Below are positions 57,506 through 61,625 of a DNA stretch of 61,625 nucleotides, in pieces. Each line of letters begins with the position of its first letter. Positions within the stretch are counted from its first letter, which is position 1. Source of the DNA: Thermoleophilia bacterium. GTDB lineage: Bacteria; Actinomycetota; Thermoleophilia; BMS3ABIN01. The notes beneath the pieces were generated by a model, which had not been told where the DNA came from, did no database searches, and worked only from the letters and a program-made list of their open reading frames with translations. The translations under genes were made by a program, and so were the position numbers. Where the stretch lies: the NCBI GenBank assembly GCA_041660545.1, contig JBAZWE010000003.1, positions 1 through 61,625 on the forward strand. The letters run 5' to 3'.

Positions 57506-58180
57506 ATGGGCGAGGATCATTCCAATACGCCCGATTCGAGCAAATCCGGGATGCGTTCACTCCCGCCTTCCTATTCCACACCTCCTCCCGGCCGGCGGAA
57601 CAAATTGACTCAGCGAAAAAAGAAGAAGGCGAAAAAGCCGGGCACCCAGCTCGTCATCGCGGGCGTCAGCATCGCTTCACTGCTGGAGTACATCGGGATC
57701 TTTGCTGGCGCCATAGTGATCGCATTCGTCGCTCAGGCATTCCTGATCAAACCCTTCCAGATCCCCTCCGAATCAATGGTGCCTACTATTGACCCCGGTG
57801 ACAGGATACTGATCAACCGGCTTTCGTATCGATTCGGCCCTGTTCAGCGGGGCGACATCATCGTCTTTAAGTCTCCCATGAACCCCGATGTCGATTTCGT
57901 CAAACGGGTGATCGCCGTCGGCGGTGAAACGATTGAAGTGAAGAGGGGGACGGTACTCGTAAACGGTGAACCACAGGTCGAGAACTATCTCAACGGCGCC
58001 GACATCAGCAATTTTCCGCTGACGAGTATTCCTGAAGGCAACGTATTCGTGATGGGTGACAACCGGGGTGACAGCGGCGATGCCCGTTTCTGGAATCCTC
58101 ACTGGCTGCCGGAAGAGAATATCCTCGGCAAGGCTTTTGCGACCTACTGGCCGCCGGGTCGCATCGGAACTTTCAACTAG
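57506..58180 (+). CDS. lepB: Signal peptidase I
   Basis: Lys-rich N-terminus, a TM helix, catalytic Ser box 'IPSESMVPTI', 'RGDIIVFKSP' and 'VMGDNRGDSGDAR'. Confidence 0.92.
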   Translation: MGEDHSNTPDSSKSGMRSLPPSYSTPPPGRRNKLTQRKKKKAKKPGTQLVIAGVSIASLLEYIGIFAGAIVIAFVAQAFLIKPFQIPSESMVPTIDPGDRILINRLSYRFGPVQRGDIIVFKSPMNPDVDFVKRVIAVGGETIEVKRGTVLVNGEPQVENYLNGADISNFPLTSIPEGNVFVMGDNRGDSGDARFWNPHWLPEENILGKAFATYWPPGRIGTFN

Positions 58181-58187
58181 AGCTTTC

Positions 58188-58850
58188 ATGGCAGCGCCAG
58201 CAACCGCCAACACCAGCGCGCTGTTTTTATTCGACCTTGAGGCAGGCGGCGGACCCGGAGAGATTGCCGGCTGCGACGAGGTCGGCCGCGGATGTCTGGC
58301 GGGGCCGATAGTAGCCGCTGCCGTCGTCTTCGATTACTCCACACTCGATCTTGAAAAAGCCGGACCTCTGCTCAAGGGGCTGGGTGACTCCAAAAAACTG
58401 ACCCCTGCCGCCAGAGAGCGTCTCTATCCCGTGATAGTCCGGCATGCGGCGCGTATATCCATCACCAGTTACACCAGTCGTACGATCGACGAGAAGGGTC
58501 TGCACAAGACGAATCTCAAGGCGCTGGCGAGAAGTCTGGAAACACTGGCGCCGTGTCCTGACACAGCGCTCGTGGACGGGCATCTGCCACTGCCGGACTG
58601 CCCCGTCGTTCACCGGCCCGTAAAAAAGGGCGACTCAATGAGCGCCTGCATCGCGGCGGCATCGATCATCGCCAAGGTGACGCGCGACCGCCTGATGCAT
58701 ACCATCCACCACCGATATCCGGAATACGGCTTTAACCAGCATGTCGGTTATTCGACACTGGCTCATCGGGAGGCCATTGCGCGCCATGGTTTCTGTTCTA
58801 TTCACCGCCGCTCCTTCAGATGTGAGCTGCCAGTACTTGAAGGGTCATGA
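58188..58850 (+). CDS. rnhB: Ribonuclease HII
   Basis: 'GCDEVGRGCLAGPIVAAAV' (the DEVGRG catalytic motif) and 'DSKKLT'. The ATG at 58188 is likely the start. The ORF-track start at 58056 overlaps lepB. Confidence 0.92.
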   Translation: MAAPATANTSALFLFDLEAGGGPGEIAGCDEVGRGCLAGPIVAAAVVFDYSTLDLEKAGPLLKGLGDSKKLTPAARERLYPVIVRHAARISITSYTSRTIDEKGLHKTNLKALARSLETLAPCPDTALVDGHLPLPDCPVVHRPVKKGDSMSACIAAASIIAKVTRDRLMHTIHHRYPEYGFNQHVGYSTLAHREAIARHGFCSIHRRSFRCELPVLEGS

Positions 58851-58913
58851 CGGACCGCGGAATTCTGGCAAGAGAAGAGTTCAAGACTGTCAGGCCGATG
58901 TTCCGTTAATAAT

Positions 58914-59021
58914 GTCATTCTGAGGTACTCGGAGCGCAGCGAAGAGTACCGAAGAATCTGCTTCTGGCGATGGGAAACATTCCAAAAGCAGATCCTTCGT
59001 CGCTTTGCTCCTCAGGATGAC
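58914..59021 (+). repeat. Full palindromic copy of the repeat family with nested inner hairpins
   Basis: GTCATTCTGAGG[tactcggagcgcagcgaagagtacc]GAAGAATCTGCTTctggcgatgggaaacattccaaAAGCAGATCCTTCGTCGCTTTGCTCCTCAGGATGAC. An extra hairpin GGTACTC...GAGTACC is inserted in the left arm. Confidence 0.85.
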
Positions 59022-59057
59022 AGCTAATCCTGGTTAATTGGATGATTATTAGGAAGG

Positions 59058-59474
59058 ATGTTGAAGATCGGCAAAGACAGCGAAGCATCCTCGACGAGGG
59101 AAGACACCCGCCGCACCCGGGGCAAGGCTGGGGAGGAGATCGCGCGTCGCTACCTCAAAGACCACGATTATTCCATCCTTGCAAGTAATTTCAGTAGCCG
59201 CTACGGCGAGATAGATATCATTGTCAGGCGCGGCGGCATCGTGGCTTTTGTGGAAGTGAAAGCACGCCGGGACAAGCAGTTCGGTGAACCCTTCGAGGCG
59301 GTAAGCCCGCGCAAGCAGAACCAGATACGGCGCATGGCTGAAATGTGGTTGGCGGCCAACGAGGGTGACGCCGCGCTGGAGGATTGTGACTTTCGCTTCG
59401 ATGTCGTCTCGATAATGCTCGATGAAAATGACACGGCAACCCAGCTGCTGCACATCGAAGACGCGTTTCGTTAG
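59058..59474 (+). CDS. yraN: YraN-family (UPF0102) endonuclease-like protein
   Basis: 'GEEIARRYLKDHDYSILASNFSSRYGEIDIIVRRGGIVAFVEVKAR' is the UPF0102 pattern. It lies upstream of comM-dprA, as in many genomes. Confidence 0.82.
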   Translation: MLKIGKDSEASSTREDTRRTRGKAGEEIARRYLKDHDYSILASNFSSRYGEIDIIVRRGGIVAFVEVKARRDKQFGEPFEAVSPRKQNQIRRMAEMWLAANEGDAALEDCDFRFDVVSIMLDENDTATQLLHIEDAFR

Positions 59475-59613
59475 GACTAGCTCCGGCTGTCACGTCTCCT
59501 TTTTTCCAAGGCACGAAACATGATTGCACGAACCACGATTCATCTGATAACCTGACAATCCCACTCTGACCCTCTCCGCTGCGGAAGCATCCCGTTGCTC
59601 CTCCCAAAAAGGA

Positions 59614-60321
59614 GTGATGCAGATGCTGGCCAGGTTGCACAGTTACGCAGTGCTGGGGATGGATGCCTACCCCGTTGAAATCGAGACCGACTTAAGCCGT
59701 GGGCTGCCCGGGTTCAGCATCGTCGGCCTGCCGGACGCGGCAGTTCGCGAGTCCAGGGAACGCGTTCGCGCCGGCATTGTCAACTCGCAGTATGAATTCC
59801 CCTTGCGCCGGATCACCGTGAACCTCGCACCTGCCGACGTGCGCAAGGAGGGACCGTCATTCGATCTGCCGATAGCTCTGTCGCTGCTTGCCGCCTCGGG
59901 ACAGCTCAAGTCAGAAAGCATTGAAGCATACGGCGCCGCCGGGGAGCTCTCCCTCGACGGCAGCGTCAGGCGCATCAACGGTTCGCTATCGATCGCCGAA
60001 GCCGCCCGGCGGGCTGAATGCCGCGGCGTACTGCTGCCCAAGGCCAACGCCGAGGAGGCGGCGCTCATCGACGACATCGAGGTGATCGGCGTCGAATCGC
60101 TCAGCCATGCGGTTGAATTCCTAAAAGGTGAGGCAGCGATCGCGCCCGCGAGGGTGGATGCACCGGCTCTACTCTCGGAGCTTCGCTTAAACCGTCTCGA
60201 TCTGGCCGACGTCAAGGGGCAGGAGCACGCGCGTCGCGCCTTGGAGGTCTGCGCCGCCGGTGGTCACAACATGTTGATGAGCGGGCCGCCCGGCTCTGGA
60301 AAGATATCGCCGAAGCCATAG
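59614..60321 (+). CDS. comM: Mg-chelatase-like AAA+ protein ComM/YifB, N-terminal fragment (ends inside the Walker A motif)
   Basis: Lon-protease-like N-domain '[26 protein letters not shown]' and '[35 protein letters not shown]'. The frame then breaks ('ISPKP*'). Confidence 0.88.
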   Translation: MMQMLARLHSYAVLGMDAYPVEIETDLSRGLPGFSIVGLPDAAVRESRERVRAGIVNSQYEFPLRRITVNLAPADVRKEGPSFDLPIALSLLAASGQLKSESIEAYGAAGELSLDGSVRRINGSLSIAEAARRAECRGVLLPKANAEEAALIDDIEVIGVESLSHAVEFLKGEAAIAPARVDAPALLSELRLNRLDLADVKGQEHARRALEVCAAGGHNMLMSGPPGSGKISPKP

Positions 60322-60482
60322 AGGTAACCAGGATATACAGCGTCGCCGGGCGCTTAAGCGCAGGCCGCTCGCTAATCGCCAGCCGACCGTTCCGCTCGCC
60401 ACATCACACCATTTCCCACATCGGGCTGACCGGCGGCGGAGGCACTCCCAAACCGGGAGAGGTCAGTCTTTCCCATCTGGGC

Positions 60483-61118
60483 GTGCTCTTCCTGGACGAA
60501 CTGCCCGAGTTCTCACGACTGGCGCTGGAGACCCTGCGCCAGCCCCTTGAAGACGGCTGTGTCAGCATCTCCCGCGCGCTTCTCTCGGTCACTTTCCCCG
60601 CGCGCTTCATGCTGGTCGCTGCAATGAATCCCTGCCCATGTGGACACCTGGGGGATGCACGCCAGCCATGCATCTGCATTCCCCAGCGAATAGTTTCATA
60701 TCGCACCCGCATCAGCGGCCCCCTGATGGACCGCATTGATGTTGCCGTGGATGTGCCCGGACTGACCAAAAAGGAACTTTTGTCGGACAGGAAAAGAGAA
60801 TCGTCGGCAGCAGTCGCTGCCAGGGTCGCCTCGGCCCGTAAAATGCAATCGGAGAGGCTCGCGGGCACGAATACTTTTTGCAACGCCCAGATGAGCGCCA
60901 GCCAGACAGAGCGCTTCTGCCGCACCAGCGCGGCGGGAAACCGGCTTTTAGAGAGCGCCATCGACAGGCTGTTTCTCAGCGCCAGGGCTCACCATCGCAT
61001 TCTCAAGGTTTCCCGAACGATAGCGGATCTCGAAGGCGTCACCGGGATCGAGCCACAACATATTGCCGAAGCCATCAGTTATCGCAGCATGGACAGGAGG
61101 GATTGGAATGGGGTCTGA
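60483..61118 (+). CDS. comM: ComM/YifB, C-terminal fragment; its frame is open and homologous from 60303
   Basis: From 60303 the second frame reads '[70 protein letters not shown]...'. This is the normal ComM continuation (Walker B 'VLFLDE', a Cys-rich insert, C-terminal 'HIAEAISYRS'). Confidence 0.88.
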   Translation: MLFLDELPEFSRLALETLRQPLEDGCVSISRALLSVTFPARFMLVAAMNPCPCGHLGDARQPCICIPQRIVSYRTRISGPLMDRIDVAVDVPGLTKKELLSDRKRESSAAVAARVASARKMQSERLAGTNTFCNAQMSASQTERFCRTSAAGNRLLESAIDRLFLSARAHHRILKVSRTIADLEGVTGIEPQHIAEAISYRSMDRRDWNGV

Positions 61119-61625
61119 GCGGGAAGCCGCGCTGGCGCTCACCTGTTTCATGGGCGAATATGGCTGGCCGCTGCGCGTACCCGCGGGCAAGATGACGTTG
61201 CGCGAACTTTGGAACTGTCCCGACCGCCTGCTTGCAGCTCTCCTGAAACTGCCGTCGGCCGAGACAGGGCGCATCACAGCTTTCAAAAAATCATTTTCGG
61301 CCGGGCAGATGTTCGAGGAGCTGAGAAGAAAAGAAGTCACCCTCATCACCCTGGGCGAAGACGGCTATCCATCATGCCTGGCTGAAATACACGACCCGCC
61401 GCCGGCAATCTTCTTAAAAAGCTCCGCCGGCCGGCTGGATGAGTTTATGCGACAACCGCGCATCGCCATCGTCGGCGCCCGCCGCGCATCCAGTTATGGG
61501 ATCGATGCGGCAACCTCGCTCGCAGAGGGCCTGTCACAGAGCGGCGTTTGCGTCGTCAGCGGCATGGCGTTCGGCATCGACTCGGCGGCTCATCGTGGCG
61601 CTCTGGAATCTCGCGGTGGAAGCAT
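61108..61625 (+). CDS. dprA: DNA-processing protein DprA (Smf), 3'-truncated by the window edge
   Basis: Own translation from the ATG at 61108: '...EVTLITLGEDGYPSCLAEIHDPPPAIFLKS...PRIAIVGARRASSYGIDAATSLAEGLSQSGVCVVSGMAFGIDSAAHRGALESRGGS'. There is no stop before the end of the window. It overlaps the comM stop by 11 nt and is absent from the ORF track because it is open-ended. Confidence 0.88.
   Translation, partial: MGSEREAALALTCFMGEYGWPLRVPAGKMTLRELWNCPDRLLAALLKLPSAETGRITAFKKSFSAGQMFEELRRKEVTLITLGEDGYPSCLAEIHDPPPAIFLKSSAGRLDEFMRQPRIAIVGARRASSYGIDAATSLAEGLSQSGVCVVSGMAFGIDSAAHRGALESRGGS

Noticed and set aside
1-61625. A window-wide scan for a defence island, prophage, integrative element, IS/transposase, CRISPR-Cas, biosynthetic gene cluster, rRNA operon, or a retron/DGR-like reverse transcriptase.
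   Set aside because: No ORF of 60 aa or more shows integrase, transposase, recombinase, reverse-transcriptase, Cas, restriction-modification or phage-structural signatures. Apart from the items listed as findings, every sizeable ORF is accounted for by a housekeeping family or is an antisense shadow.

Overview
This is a gene-dense 61.6-kb chromosomal segment from a moderately GC-rich bacterium, with almost every gene on the + strand. It is mostly core housekeeping operons. The gene order is typical of Terrabacteria. Several details point to Actinomycetota: ndk right after valS-folC, lepB between rplS and rnhB, yraN-comM-dprA, no min genes, and an L27 without a propeptide or ysxB. Order along the window: clan GH-A glycosidase (5' cut by the window edge); a frameshifted membrane PAS/GAF/GGDEF sensor on the minus strand; tRNA-Leu(UAG), tig, clpP, clpX, lon; a Phd/RelE-type toxin-antitoxin pair on the minus strand; valS, folC, a Zn-ribbon membrane protein, ndk, maf; a 945-aa secreted beta-helix protein; mreB, mreC, mreD, mrdA, rodA, a DUF697-like gene; a radical-SAM + DUF2344 pair, rne/rng, rplU, rpmA, obg; a small orphan, pyrF, a LysM protein, a D-Ala-D-Ala carboxypeptidase, a PfkB-family kinase, a GT4-like glycosyltransferase; plsX, acpP, rnc, smc, ftsY; a DUF202 protein and a very large broken PAS/GAF hybrid histidine kinase; ffh, rpsP, a KH protein, rimM, trmD, rplS, lepB, rnhB, yraN, comM (broken), dprA (3' cut by the window edge). 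I found no rRNA, CRISPR array, transposase or integrase, prophage, recognisable defence island or biosynthetic cluster. I also could not identify a clear-cut novel multi-gene system. The observations most worth a second look are: (1) a ~215-codon Lys/Ala/Pro-rich histone-tail-like extension fused in frame to FolC; (2) an intergenic palindromic repeat family (GTCATTCTGAGG...CCTCAGGATGAC) with tandem 25-26-nt satellites at operon boundaries; (3) a P-loop-less GTPase-like/DUF697-like gene overlapping the 3' end of rodA; (4) an A/T-flanked secreted beta-helix gene inserted between maf and mreB; (5) an mreB whose conserved N-terminus lies upstream of any canonical start codon; (6) three independent frame-breaking lesions (GGDEF sensor, hybrid kinase, comM). 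All calls come from reading the translations and the DNA by eye. No database search was run, and start codons are approximate.
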